This document shows positions 8,411 through 17,263 of a DNA stretch of 32,099 bases, one piece after another. How positions within the stretch are numbered: the stretch's first letter is position 1; each line of letters opens with the position of its first letter. This DNA comes from a virus. Taxonomy: Duplodnaviria; Caudoviricetes. The translations under genes were made by a program, and so were the position numbers. The DNA lies in the IMG/VR virus record IMGVR_UViG_3300037423_001090, positions 1 to 32,099 of that record, one strand, 5' to 3'. The notes under the pieces are model-generated. The model worked only from the letters and a program-made list of their open reading frames with translations. It ran no database searches and was not told where the DNA came from.

Positions 8411-9034
8411 TCAGGAGTGTCTACGATAGTCGTGGCGATTCAACATGATGCTCTGATAGAACTGCATCCAACGCTCCCTCCCGAAATTCGCCTTTGAGTT
8501 ACATGCCGAGCACAAGCAGATGAGATTGATGGGACGACAATCGCTCTTCTCGTAGTTGATGTGATGCGTTGTCAACCTCCGGTCAGCTCCCGAACATGCC
8601 GGGTTCCAGCATCGCTCACCATCTCGTTTAATGATGGCTCGGCTAATATTCCTGAAATTCCACGGGTAGGGGAGCCTGGAAACGCCTCCTGCCCAACTTG
8701 GGTTGCCACTGCCTTTAGTAAGTCTGGAGCGCCTAACGTAGGAACACTTTTTGGAGCAACAGTGGTATCGACCGACGTGCGAAGCAGGAATCCAACAGAA
8801 GACCCCGCAAACCTCGCACTCCAGCTCAACGCGCTTCAACTTTTCGACCTGCTTATTGCACTTACCGCGCTGCGATAGTCCTACGCATTGCAAGGAGCAG
8901 AAGCGGGACGCACTGTGCACTGGCTTTACTTGATAGTGTTTCCCACAGATCTCGCAACTCTTCGCTATCAACCCGCCCTTCCATTTTGGGTTCTTTGCAC
9001 CGGATACATCTAACCCGGCTGCGTTAAGCGGCAT
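8411..9034 (-). CDS. HNH endonuclease with Cys-rich repeats; C-terminus replaced by IS3
   Basis: CEICGK...FCSLQC and CEVCG...CCSKKC repeats; TTHHINYEKSDCRPINLICLCSACNSK HNH; last ~10 codons lie in the IS end. Confidence 0.8.
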   Translation of the reverse strand: MPLNAAGLDVSGAKNPKWKGGLIAKSCEICGKHYQVKPVHSASRFCSLQCVGLSQRGKCNKQVEKLKRVELECEVCGVFCWIPASHVGRYHCCSKKCSYVRRSRLTKGSGNPSWAGGVSRLPYPWNFRNISRAIIKRDGERCWNPACSGADRRLTTHHINYEKSDCRPINLICLCSACNSKANFGRERWMQFYQSIMLNRHDYRRHS

Positions 9035-9380
9035 TTCCGACCTCGTCTACTCGCCATCCGCCACCGTCTTTTTTCGGCTGAACCCGAATAACGAAGAACC
9101 GCATTGGGTACAAATCCGCTGCCACCTTAATCTTCACATTTGCATCCTCTTGCATGTAACCTTTGACCTCATGCATTTCTAGCGCCCCGTCGACCAACAT
9201 GACGGCAAAATCTGGAGTATAGAAAGTGTTATCCGCAAGGCGTAACTTGATACCCTCGAACTTGAACCACGCCACCTCGCCAGCGGTGCGGCGCTGCTCC
9301 AGGGTCGCGGCATATGCCGCCTCCGTCTTGTTCATGGTGCCGGCCTTGAGTCGGCCCAGCGCTTGCAGCCCTCGCTTCAT
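9024..9380 (-). CDS. DUF1064-like PD-(D/E)XK endonuclease
   Basis: MNKTEAAY...FYTPDFAV...EMHEVKGY motif. Confidence 0.8.
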   Translation of the reverse strand: MKRGLQALGRLKAGTMNKTEAAYAATLEQRRTAGEVAWFKFEGIKLRLADNTFYTPDFAVMLVDGALEMHEVKGYMQEDANVKIKVAADLYPMRFFVIRVQPKKDGGGWRVDEVGNAA

Positions 9381-9631
9381 TGGCGAACCTCGATCGTCGT
9401 CGCCACCACGGCTGCCAAGCTATGTAAGCGCGCGTTGAACCAGCGTCGGATACAGTACGAACGCGCCACGCTGATGACTGTATAGATCAGGCCCATGATG
9501 AAGTTGGCGCCAGGGCTGATGTGAAACCCAAACATCGGGAAGATCAGCAGGTTCGCGAAATAGTTGATCGAGAACCCGATGCACGTGTTGATGACAGCTT
9601 CGATCAGGGATTCGAGTCGGCTTTGTGTCAT
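9377..9631 (-). CDS. Small phage membrane protein
   Basis: QSRLESLIEAVIN...ISVARSYCIRRWFN with two hydrophobic helices; coupled to both neighbours. Confidence 0.8.
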   Translation of the reverse strand: MTQSRLESLIEAVINTCIGFSINYFANLLIFPMFGFHISPGANFIMGLIYTVISVARSYCIRRWFNARLHSLAAVVATTIEVRQ

Positions 9632-10101
9632 TGGTCGAGCCCCGCAAACGTGATCGTGTAGTGCGTCGGATTGCGGTCAGCGTAGCGGTCGACGATGTCG
9701 GCCGCGCAAGCGTTCAGGCTCGGGTAGAACGGCTTGGAGCGCGGCGGTCGGTCGTCCGTGAACTTCCCTTGGATCATGGCGTCCCGCAGGACCACGAGCG
9801 AAGTGATCGCCTTCGTGATGTGCGACATTCCGGAATCCGGATCGATGTCCTCACCTTCCCACCAGTCCATCAGGTGGCGCATCGTGCCGTCGTAGTAGAC
9901 CGAGCCACGTACACCGACAGCCCTATAGTTGTGTCGGCCATACTTGCTGGCCCCTTCGAGCATCGCCACGCCGACTTCGGCTAGGACGTTGGCGGGGACC
10001 GTCGACATCGGCGCCTTGCGCATGCCTACCATGTCCTTCGGGTTGCTCGGCTTCGCGCCTTCCAGCGTGTGGAACGTCAGCATTTCGTGCGAGTCTTCCA
10101 T
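9628..10101 (-). CDS. DUF5664-like dATP/dGTP diphosphohydrolase-domain protein
   Basis: NPKD..G.RK, EGASKYGRHNYR, RHLMDWWEGEDIDPDSGMSH motifs. Confidence 0.8.
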   Translation of the reverse strand: MEDSHEMLTFHTLEGAKPSNPKDMVGMRKAPMSTVPANVLAEVGVAMLEGASKYGRHNYRAVGVRGSVYYDGTMRHLMDWWEGEDIDPDSGMSHITKAITSLVVLRDAMIQGKFTDDRPPRSKPFYPSLNACAADIVDRYADRNPTHYTITFAGLDQ

Positions 10102-10155
10102 GTCATCCTTTCGTGTCGTCTTTGTTGCCGCCCGGCGGACGGGCGGGATGGCGCG

Positions 10156-10533
10156 TTATTCCTCGCTCGTGCTGACGGGCTTGCGACCATAGAGCGGCGT
10201 GTCCGAAATGATCCGGCCGACGTTCGGAATGTCGCTGTCAAGGTCAGTCCATGTCGTGATCTGGAACACACCTTTGCGGCCGCGCTTCGGTACGTAGACA
10301 ACCTTCCGACCGATCGGCAGACCGGCCTCGATACGTTCGATGTCCGTGCGGCGGCGCGAGTTTTCTTGATGACGGCCGACGTGCGGATACTCACGCTGCA
10401 GCATGTCGTCCCACAGTTGTCCCAGCAACTGGATCGCGCGGCCATAACCAATCGATGCGCCAATGCGTTCCAGTTGGACCTTTTCCGGGGCCTCTGCCGC
10501 CTCCATCCGCTGCATAACGTCGTTCAATTCCAT
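10156..10533 (-). CDS. Hypothetical phage protein
   Basis: 125-aa ORF with AAAGG RBS in operon. Confidence 0.65.
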   Translation of the reverse strand: MELNDVMQRMEAAEAPEKVQLERIGASIGYGRAIQLLGQLWDDMLQREYPHVGRHQENSRRRTDIERIEAGLPIGRKVVYVPKRGRKGVFQITTWTDLDSDIPNVGRIISDTPLYGRKPVSTSEE

Positions 10534-10542
10534 GTCTGCCTT

Positions 10543-10821
10543 TCAGGTAGTTGTCGATGCCGGAATCTCGGCTTCGGTTGATGTTGACTGCTTTTCTCGC
10601 TTCGCCAGCTGCCGCTCGATCCACTCCTGCCGAATCACCACATCTTCCGCCCTGAAGAATCGAGCACACGGCTTGGAGGACCACGGCACGAACGGGTTGA
10701 TCAAGGGCTGGGCGTTGTCGTACCCCGTGCACCGCCCTAGCCCCACTCGCGCATGGTCTGGGTACTCCTTCATCTTGAAGTGCTTGCAGCGGGCGCAGTT
10801 GTCGTTTGGTATAACGGTCAT
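10543..10821 (-). CDS. Cys-containing hypothetical protein
   Basis: CARCKHF...GRC...PCARF; ATGA coupling. Confidence 0.7.
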   Translation of the reverse strand: MTVIPNDNCARCKHFKMKEYPDHARVGLGRCTGYDNAQPLINPFVPWSSKPCARFFRAEDVVIRQEWIERQLAKREKQSTSTEAEIPASTTT

Positions 10822-11456
10822 GCGACACCTGCCAACGCCAATGCCTGGCCGGTCGCCGGCGCGGGGCTATCCAGTAGCGCCCCGAGCGGTCGACCGCAGT
10901 TGATTACCTGTAGCGCCGCCGCCTGATTGCCGACGAGCCGGACGCACGGCTTCGCGAGTTGCTTCGCAGTGTTGTGCGTGCTGGCCGTGCCAAGCAGATA
11001 TTTCGGGTATTCCGGCACTTGGCCCGATATCCTGAAGCCGCGGTAACGCGTGATGAACTCCTTCGCCACGAAGGGCCAGTTCTCATCCTCGTACGAATTG
11101 ATGCGCACCCAGCCGCCCATGTCGTGCAGCACGCGGTGGATGACTGGATCGTCGAAGGCGACGTCGGCCCAGATTCCGATCCGACGCACGGCACCGTCGA
11201 CCTTCGACCATGCCAACTGCGCCTGATCCTCGGTCCGGCCCTGCAGCACCTTCGTGACGTCGGCGATCTTGGGCATGAACTGGCCGCTGTCAGGGTTCTG
11301 CGTGTGCTGCCAAAGCGCGCGCTCGATCGCGGCGTAGTCGTATTGCTTCAGGCCTTCCCAGTACAGGCCGATGCTCGTGATCGACAGTTCCTTGCTGTAG
11401 TAATCCGCAATTCCAGTGATGAGCGTCACAAAGTTTTTGCGATCATTAGGCTGCAT
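10818..11456 (-). CDS. DUF6475-like protein (putative helicase loader/P-equivalent)
   Basis: GQFMPKIADV, AWSKV..AVRRIG, VAFDDPVIH...MGGW motifs; follows the O-like gene. Confidence 0.75.
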   Translation of the reverse strand: MQPNDRKNFVTLITGIADYYSKELSITSIGLYWEGLKQYDYAAIERALWQHTQNPDSGQFMPKIADVTKVLQGRTEDQAQLAWSKVDGAVRRIGIWADVAFDDPVIHRVLHDMGGWVRINSYEDENWPFVAKEFITRYRGFRISGQVPEYPKYLLGTASTHNTAKQLAKPCVRLVGNQAAALQVINCGRPLGALLDSPAPATGQALALAGVA

Positions 11457-11946
11457 GTCCGCTCTCCTCCAGCCAGCGTTGAGCGTTTTGGGCCGTGGTC
11501 TGCCCCTGCTTTCCCAGTTGCGCCGGCTGCTTGGACGCCTCGGCCTGACGACGCTTCATCACGAGCGCACCCCAGTTTTTACGAAGCGCCCGCGGGCACT
11601 GAATGTTCTGGCACCAAAACGAATCGTGTAACGCCCAGCGAAACAGTCCACCGATCTCCTTATGTGTGCGGTCGTCGATCTCTCGCATCACCCGGACGTC
11701 GCGCGCCCAGGTTGCAAAGTTTGGCTTTCTAGCAGTTGCGTCTACGCTCAGCAGAACGTCGTACATCCAGCGCGCGCAGCGCTCGTCCTCCTCGCTACCC
11801 GGCTTCTGCTCGCGCTTTTCCTTCTTTGGCACGATCTTCACGTTGACGCTCTCTGCGGCATCCAGGAGGCGAAGAATCGTCTCCGAGTCGACGGTGACGG
11901 ACGGCGCCGACTCCGCCATCCGGCGAAGGGTCGAGAGGTCACACAT
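11446..11946 (-). CDS. Lambda O-like replication protein, C-terminal domain only
   Basis: ARKPNFATWARDVRVMREIDDRTH...LFRWALHDSFWCQNIQCPRALRKNW matches the recalled lambda O C-terminus (ARKPNFAGWANDIRLMRERDGRNH...LFRWACQDNFW); only ~55 aa precede it. Confidence 0.8.
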   Translation of the reverse strand: MCDLSTLRRMAESAPSVTVDSETILRLLDAAESVNVKIVPKKEKREQKPGSEEDERCARWMYDVLLSVDATARKPNFATWARDVRVMREIDDRTHKEIGGLFRWALHDSFWCQNIQCPRALRKNWGALVMKRRQAEASKQPAQLGKQGQTTAQNAQRWLEESGHAA

Positions 11947-12652
11947 CGGTGCACTCCCCGCGTTGCTTCAACTGCCATTTGGCCAGTTCGCCGGCGACCC
12001 ATTCCACGCCCTTCGCGGTGAACTTGGCCGTGTTGTAGGCGTGGCCGTTGCCCTGGGCGGTACCGGCGCGCATCTCGAAGCGCCCGGCCTCAATGTGGTT
12101 CGCGTGCGCCGTCCACTCGCCATTCAGCGGGTACATGATCTTCTGCGAGTGAAGAAAATGGCGGAACTCAGGCTCCTTGACCTTCAGCAGCTTCGCCACC
12201 TGGCGGAAGGTCATCAGGCCGGTCGATTCGACGTAGCGACCCACGAATTCCAACGCTGGTTTCGCCGCCTCAATCTGCGCGGCAAGCGCAACGCGCTCCC
12301 GTTCGGACTCCATTGCCATTTCGAGGATCTGCAGGCGCGACAGCTCGACGGGCGCCGGCGCGCGCGCTTCCAGTTCCTGCCAACGATCGACAAGGCGCGC
12401 AGTGAACTCGGGCGAGAGCTGAGCGACCACGACGTAGGAGTCTCGTTTCGTCAAACGATACTCCGCGGCCGGCCGTCCCAGGCTATCGAGGTATTCCCCC
12501 AGTGGGGGATGAGAGATGGCGCCGCGGTCGGCGAGCCGTTCGATGCTTTGCTTCACCTTGTCATGCCGGGACTCGACCAAGTCGGCAATCTCGCGACTCG
12601 ACATTGTCACTTCACCGCTTCCAACGGTTTGCAGATTCAACATGCATCCCAT
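11939..12652 (-). CDS. Rha-family / KilA-C antirepressor-like protein
   Basis: TMSSREIADLVESRHDKV...QLSPEFTARLVDRWQELE (Rha) plus AKPALEFV...FRQVAKLL...FTAKGVEW (KilA-C/ANT). Confidence 0.9.
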   Translation of the reverse strand: MGCMLNLQTVGSGEVTMSSREIADLVESRHDKVKQSIERLADRGAISHPPLGEYLDSLGRPAAEYRLTKRDSYVVVAQLSPEFTARLVDRWQELEARAPAPVELSRLQILEMAMESERERVALAAQIEAAKPALEFVGRYVESTGLMTFRQVAKLLKVKEPEFRHFLHSQKIMYPLNGEWTAHANHIEAGRFEMRAGTAQGNGHAYNTAKFTAKGVEWVAGELAKWQLKQRGECTDV

Positions 12653-12666
12653 GTCAATCCCCCTCC

Positions 12667-13320
12667 CTATCCCATGAGTGCAGACAGCCAGGTCTGCGGG
12701 TTCTTGCGCATTCGATTCCGCTGCAGGTAGTGGCCGTGCCGGTGCGGGTCAGCCTTGAGCCTGACCCAGTAACGGGCGCACTTCTCATGCTCACTCTGCG
12801 GTGCCGGGCGCTCCGCGTCAGCAGCAGCTCCGACGGCATATACCGGTGACCGCCATGCGCCGGACGCATCCTGGCGCCAAGAAACGACGTGAATCCGGCC
12901 GGCGGCGTGCAGATCAATGAGGTAGACCCGGGCGCGCTGCAGCAGCATCTCGTCCACGACCTCGGCTGCCGTCATCGGGCGCGCACCTAGCTTCTTCATA
13001 ATCTGCTCGTACCGGTCGTCGACTGTGACGCGACCCTTAGGTGCTCTCGCCTTCCGAAACGGCACATCCGGCTTGTCACCCAGGCCATACGTCGGCGCCG
13101 ATCGCTGTCCCTCTTGATTACGGGCGTGGCCCGCGACATGCAAAAGTCGCGGCTTCTCGGCCATCATTCCGTTTATGTGCCACTGGGCGCCACCGCGTGA
13201 AAGGTGCAGCTTGTCGGCCACTTGCTGCGCAGTTAGTGGCCCGGCTTGGACAGCGGCGAGGATGCGAGTGCGCTGGTATGCCCGGCGCGGATCCGGCTTG
13301 CGGACGTCGTTCGGCATCAC
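12667..13320 (-). CDS. Tandem winged-helix DNA-binding protein
   Basis: Two repeats: GPLTAQQVADKL...LHVAGH...PTYGLG and RPMTAAEV...IHVVSW...PVYAVG. Confidence 0.7.
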   Translation of the reverse strand: MMPNDVRKPDPRRAYQRTRILAAVQAGPLTAQQVADKLHLSRGGAQWHINGMMAEKPRLLHVAGHARNQEGQRSAPTYGLGDKPDVPFRKARAPKGRVTVDDRYEQIMKKLGARPMTAAEVVDEMLLQRARVYLIDLHAAGRIHVVSWRQDASGAWRSPVYAVGAAADAERPAPQSEHEKCARYWVRLKADPHRHGHYLQRNRMRKNPQTWLSALMG

Positions 13321-13805
13321 GCCACCTCCTTCCGGATCTCCCGCATCACGCTCGTGCTGTTGATCCGGTGGCGCACGCGGCGCGCGACCTCGATCGCTGC
13401 GTGGTCGACGTCGATGGAACGAGAGTTCACCAGCTGCGCGTCGTGGCAGTCCAGGGCGTGATTGATGGCCGTGAGCTCGGGGCCAGTGCAGACGAAACGA
13501 TCGTTAGTGAGTGCCGCACGCTTACCGATGGAGAGCAGCGCGTCGCGCGCAGCGATGGTCGTCTGGCGGAACTCGTCGCCAATGCCCATCTCGCACATGA
13601 CGTTTGCGATGTTGATGGCGCCTACGATGCGGTTCCACTGTGCGCGGGTGCCCCGCCCTTGCGCCATGTCGACCATGGCCAAGTGATTGAGGGTCTGGAT
13701 CTCCTGCAGCTTGTCGCGGTGGGTGTCGCTCATGCCACCGAAGATCGACAGGACGTTGGTTGTGTAGCCCTTCGGGCGGTATTTCTTGTTGCGCGGCTTC
13801 TTCAT
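13317..13805 (-). CDS. Hypothetical phage protein
   Basis: 162-aa ORF coupled to both neighbours. Confidence 0.75.
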   Translation of the reverse strand: MKKPRNKKYRPKGYTTNVLSIFGGMSDTHRDKLQEIQTLNHLAMVDMAQGRGTRAQWNRIVGAINIANVMCEMGIGDEFRQTTIAARDALLSIGKRAALTNDRFVCTGPELTAINHALDCHDAQLVNSRSIDVDHAAIEVARRVRHRINSTSVMREIRKEVA

Positions 13806-16420
13806 GCTGCCTCCCGCTCCGGCTGCTCCGCATCCATCGCCTCCATGTCGAAGAGCGACGGCATGCTGACCTCGCGCTCCATCGCACGGCAGTAGTGCAC
13901 CTGGTCCGCGAAGTAGGATGGGTTGAGCTCCGATCCGGCGCCGCGGCGACCCAGCTTCATCGCCCTGACCGGTACCGTACCCAGGCCGCAGAATGGGTCA
14001 TAGACGATGTCGTCCGGGTTGCTGTAGCGCTGGATGAGGCGGTCGACGATGTCGATCTGGAATGGGCAGACGTGCTTCTCGACCGCGCGTGCCGACTGCT
14101 CGCCGTTCAGGGTGCGCATACGCACGATGTCATGCCAGACCATCGGATCGCTGCTCCCGGGCGCCAAGCTAAGGTAATCGGCCGGCAGCGTCTTATTGGC
14201 GAGCATGGCTTCGCCAACCGCTACGTGGTATTCGTAGTTGTAGACATTCGACAGCGACAAGTCCGTGAACATCTTCGCCAGCTTGGCAGGACCATAGCTG
14301 GCCAACTCGGCTGCACTGAGCAGGCGATCTCCACTCGATCGCCAGAACGCATGGGCATCGACCTGCCAGCGCGCGACGCTGTAGCCGGTACCGGGGATCG
14401 GCGCGAGACGACGATCGAAGCTAACTGGCATGCCGTCGTCGTCCTGACAAAGCGGCTTTGCCTTTGTCACTGGAACGTCAGCGTAGCCTCGGCTGCGATC
14501 GGACTGCGGCTTGTGGAACAGCAGGATGTATTCCGGCGAGCCGACGCCCATCTTCGTGCCGTCCTTGCACACCTCGCTGTAGCCCAGTCGGTAGGTCTGG
14601 TTGTTCTCGCGCACGACGTCGGTAACGACCGTGATCATGCCCATGTAGTCGAAGCCGTGCTTCATCCCATGAAACAGCGCTTCGGCGTGGAATGGACTTA
14701 CGGTCGGCACGCCGGCGCCGGTCACATTCCCGAAGTTGATCCTATCCTTGACGTGACAGGCATAGATGCGCCCCGGCTGCAGGATCCGGTGCAGCTGCGG
14801 CGTCAGGAAGTCCATCTGCGCCCAGAAGTGGGCGTTGTCCTGGGTATGGCCAAAGTCGTTGTAGCTGGGCGTGTACTCGTAGTGATTCGCGAACGGGATG
14901 CTGGTGACGATCAGTCCGACCGAGTTGTCCGGCTGCTCGATCGCCTCCAGCACGCAATCGTTGTTCGCCACCGTGAAGCGCTCGCCCTTCACGACATGCC
15001 GCTCGACGCCGATCGTGCGCGCGAGTGAATCCTGCATCGACAGCTGGTCCAGGCCATAGGTGCGGATGATCTCGCCCATCTTTTCCTGCATCTCGTCGTG
15101 TCGGCGCCACTTCTCTTGCAACTCGGCCAGCACCGCGCGCTCGACCTCCGTGTGGATGATGTCGATGACGACCGGGCGCGTTTGCTGGAACCGCTGCACG
15201 CGGTGGACGGCCTGTATGAAGTCGTTGAACTTGAACCCGATACCAGCGAAGATCTCGCGGTGGCAGTGCACCTGGAAGTTGCAGCCGGATCCGGCGATAA
15301 TCGGCTTGGTCGAAAGGATCCGAAACTTACCGTCGCTAAAGTCTGCGATGCGCTGCTCGCGCTGCTCCAGGTCCTGCGTACCCCAAACGCTCATCGCTTC
15401 CGGCACCGCCGCCTGAATGGCATGGCGCTCATCCTCGAGGTCATGCCAGACGACAAAGTGGTCGTTCGGTGCCTCGCCAACGATTTCCGCCACCTTCGCA
15501 ACGCGAGCAGCCATACTTTGACGCTTCTCGCCGGCTGCAGCCGAAAGCCCCATTGCGACGTTCGGGATCAGGAGGCCCTGTCCGTTCTTCTCCGCGCCCG
15601 CAGCTTCATAGTCGCTCGGCACCTCGTGGTAACGCACCTCGAGTGGAGGCAGGTCATAGCCTTCGTCCGAATGACCCAGGTCACTCGGACGGCGGATGAA
15701 GCACGCCCAACTGGCAACCCACAGCCAGAACTCCTGCTCCTTGTGCGGGTAGAGCGTCAGGTTGCCGGCCTTCTCGCTGTCGCGCTGGAAAAAGCGGGTC
15801 AGGGCCTGCCCGGTGTCCATGACGCCCAGGAAACCAGCATAGTGGATCAGCTCCTTGAAGCGGTTCGGGCTCGGCGTCGCCGTGAAGACGAACTTGAACT
15901 CGACCTGGTCGAACATCGGCAAGAACTCCTGATAGGTCTTGCTGCCGTAACTGCGCAGGACGCTCGCCTCGTCCAGCGACGTCGCGCCAAAGCGGCCGAT
16001 CGTGATCTTGCCTTCGCGGACCGATTCATAGTTCGTCATGTAGACGGTACCGGGGCCGTCGATTTCGGCGTCCGACCGGATGAACTTCAGATCGATGGCA
16101 TAGTCACTGGTGAAGCGCTTGGCGACTTCGCGGGCAAACTCCTGGCGCACCCCGAGCGGCAGGACGATCAGCCGGTACATCTCCGGAAAGCGGATACCTA
16201 TCTGGCGCATTACCTCGAGGTTCGTGCTGGTCTTATGCAGGCCGAACGAGGCGAAGATGGCGCGCTGGCCGCCCTGCAGAGCCCATCGGACGATGTCGCG
16301 AGTGTGCGGCTTGAGACCCGGATTGATCTGGTCGAGTTGCACATCGAAGCCACGCGCCGGCGCCAGGCGGATCTTATCGCGAAGGAAGGCGTTATATTCT
16401 TGTAAAATGTTGCCAGACAT
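13802..16420 (-). CDS. SNF2-like helicase fused to N4/N6 DNA methyltransferase
   Basis: Helicase-like FGLHKT, LDEAS, TATPSPN, QAVHRVQRF; MTase TSIPF (motif IV variant), HVCPFQ, DPFCGLGT (motif I). Confidence 0.9.
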   Translation of the reverse strand: MSGNILQEYNAFLRDKIRLAPARGFDVQLDQINPGLKPHTRDIVRWALQGGQRAIFASFGLHKTSTNLEVMRQIGIRFPEMYRLIVLPLGVRQEFAREVAKRFTSDYAIDLKFIRSDAEIDGPGTVYMTNYESVREGKITIGRFGATSLDEASVLRSYGSKTYQEFLPMFDQVEFKFVFTATPSPNRFKELIHYAGFLGVMDTGQALTRFFQRDSEKAGNLTLYPHKEQEFWLWVASWACFIRRPSDLGHSDEGYDLPPLEVRYHEVPSDYEAAGAEKNGQGLLIPNVAMGLSAAAGEKRQSMAARVAKVAEIVGEAPNDHFVVWHDLEDERHAIQAAVPEAMSVWGTQDLEQREQRIADFSDGKFRILSTKPIIAGSGCNFQVHCHREIFAGIGFKFNDFIQAVHRVQRFQQTRPVVIDIIHTEVERAVLAELQEKWRRHDEMQEKMGEIIRTYGLDQLSMQDSLARTIGVERHVVKGERFTVANNDCVLEAIEQPDNSVGLIVTSIPFANHYEYTPSYNDFGHTQDNAHFWAQMDFLTPQLHRILQPGRIYACHVKDRINFGNVTGAGVPTVSPFHAEALFHGMKHGFDYMGMITVVTDVVRENNQTYRLGYSEVCKDGTKMGVGSPEYILLFHKPQSDRSRGYADVPVTKAKPLCQDDDGMPVSFDRRLAPIPGTGYSVARWQVDAHAFWRSSGDRLLSAAELASYGPAKLAKMFTDLSLSNVYNYEYHVAVGEAMLANKTLPADYLSLAPGSSDPMVWHDIVRMRTLNGEQSARAVEKHVCPFQIDIVDRLIQRYSNPDDIVYDPFCGLGTVPVRAMKLGRRGAGSELNPSYFADQVHYCRAMEREVSMPSLFDMEAMDAEQPEREAA

Positions 16421-16422
16421 AA

Positions 16423-16974
16423 TTACTCCACGGTGATTTGTTCAGAGGCCGCGGCGGCTGCAACCGGCGCGGTCTCGCTATTTCGAAGCAGGCCTTTAGC
16501 CCGCAAGATCTGCCGGCTCTCTTCCCGGGCAGCGTCGAAGCGCGCGTCAACCGATTCCCTACTGGTCCCGCTGGCCGCATACCCGCCGTCGAGCCAAGCG
16601 TGGCAGTCGTAACACCCATAGCAGCCTTCCTCGTCCGGCGCTTTCAGGCCCATGCCCTTACCGTCCGCCAGACGGTTCGAGTGGCACCAGACAGTGGTGT
16701 CCGGGTTTCGGTTACAGATGCCTGGGAAGCGCAGCGTGCAGTCCTGGCCCTGGGCCGAGGCGCGGATCGGCGTCATCTTCGGGCCATTCGATTTCAGCTG
16801 CTTACGCGGCTTGGTCAGCTTCAGCGTCTTCGCCTCCTTAGCAGTCTTGTGTCGAACCGCAGCTACGCGCAGCACGCCGGCGCCGGAGGATGGGGTCTTG
16901 AAGCCGCTGCCGCGCGACATCGGCGTCTTGCGCTGGAGTGGCTTGCCTGGCTTTAGGGCTGACCGGCTCAGCAT
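16423..16974 (-). CDS. DUF1364/YbcO-like nuclease-domain protein
   Basis: AQGQDCTLRFPGICN...TTVWCHSN...GKGMGLK...YGCYDCHAWLDG. Confidence 0.8.
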   Translation of the reverse strand: MLSRSALKPGKPLQRKTPMSRGSGFKTPSSGAGVLRVAAVRHKTAKEAKTLKLTKPRKQLKSNGPKMTPIRASAQGQDCTLRFPGICNRNPDTTVWCHSNRLADGKGMGLKAPDEEGCYGCYDCHAWLDGGYAASGTSRESVDARFDAAREESRQILRAKGLLRNSETAPVAAAAASEQITVE

Positions 16975-17006
16975 GCTAGGATGTCCTTTTTGACAAGGAG
17001 TCGCCC

Positions 17007-17258
17007 ATGGAAAAGCCACGACTGAACGAAGACCTGTACATTGCAGAACTGAACCGCCGCCTGCAGGAGCACCCGGATTACTCTCCAGGCATGGCGTTCT
17101 TGCCCCACCCACAGGGTGCTACGGGTGGCAATATCATGGGGATTGCGATTGCCGGCTTTGGCTACAACAGCACGTACATAGACGTTAGCAACGCGGTGCA
17201 AAATGACTTTGACGTTGAGGTGACGTATGCCGGCTTTCAGCGGGAAGTTAAGGGGTAA
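17007..17258 (+). CDS. Small hypothetical protein on the opposite strand
   Basis: AAGGAG RBS; fits the gap between two minus-strand genes; lower GC. Confidence 0.65.
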   Translation: MEKPRLNEDLYIAELNRRLQEHPDYSPGMAFLPHPQGATGGNIMGIAIAGFGYNSTYIDVSNAVQNDFDVEVTYAGFQREVKG

Positions 17259-17263
17259 CGTTT

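Larger units (their letters stand above)
7214..8442 (-). mobile_element. IS3-family insertion sequence, 1229 bp
   Basis: TG...CA ends; 28-bp inverted repeats TGAATCGCCACGAGTTTTCTAGACACTC vs TGAATCGCCACGACTATCGTAGACACTC (24/28); ACA duplication at 7211-7213 and 8443-8445; orfA/orfB. Confidence 0.97.
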
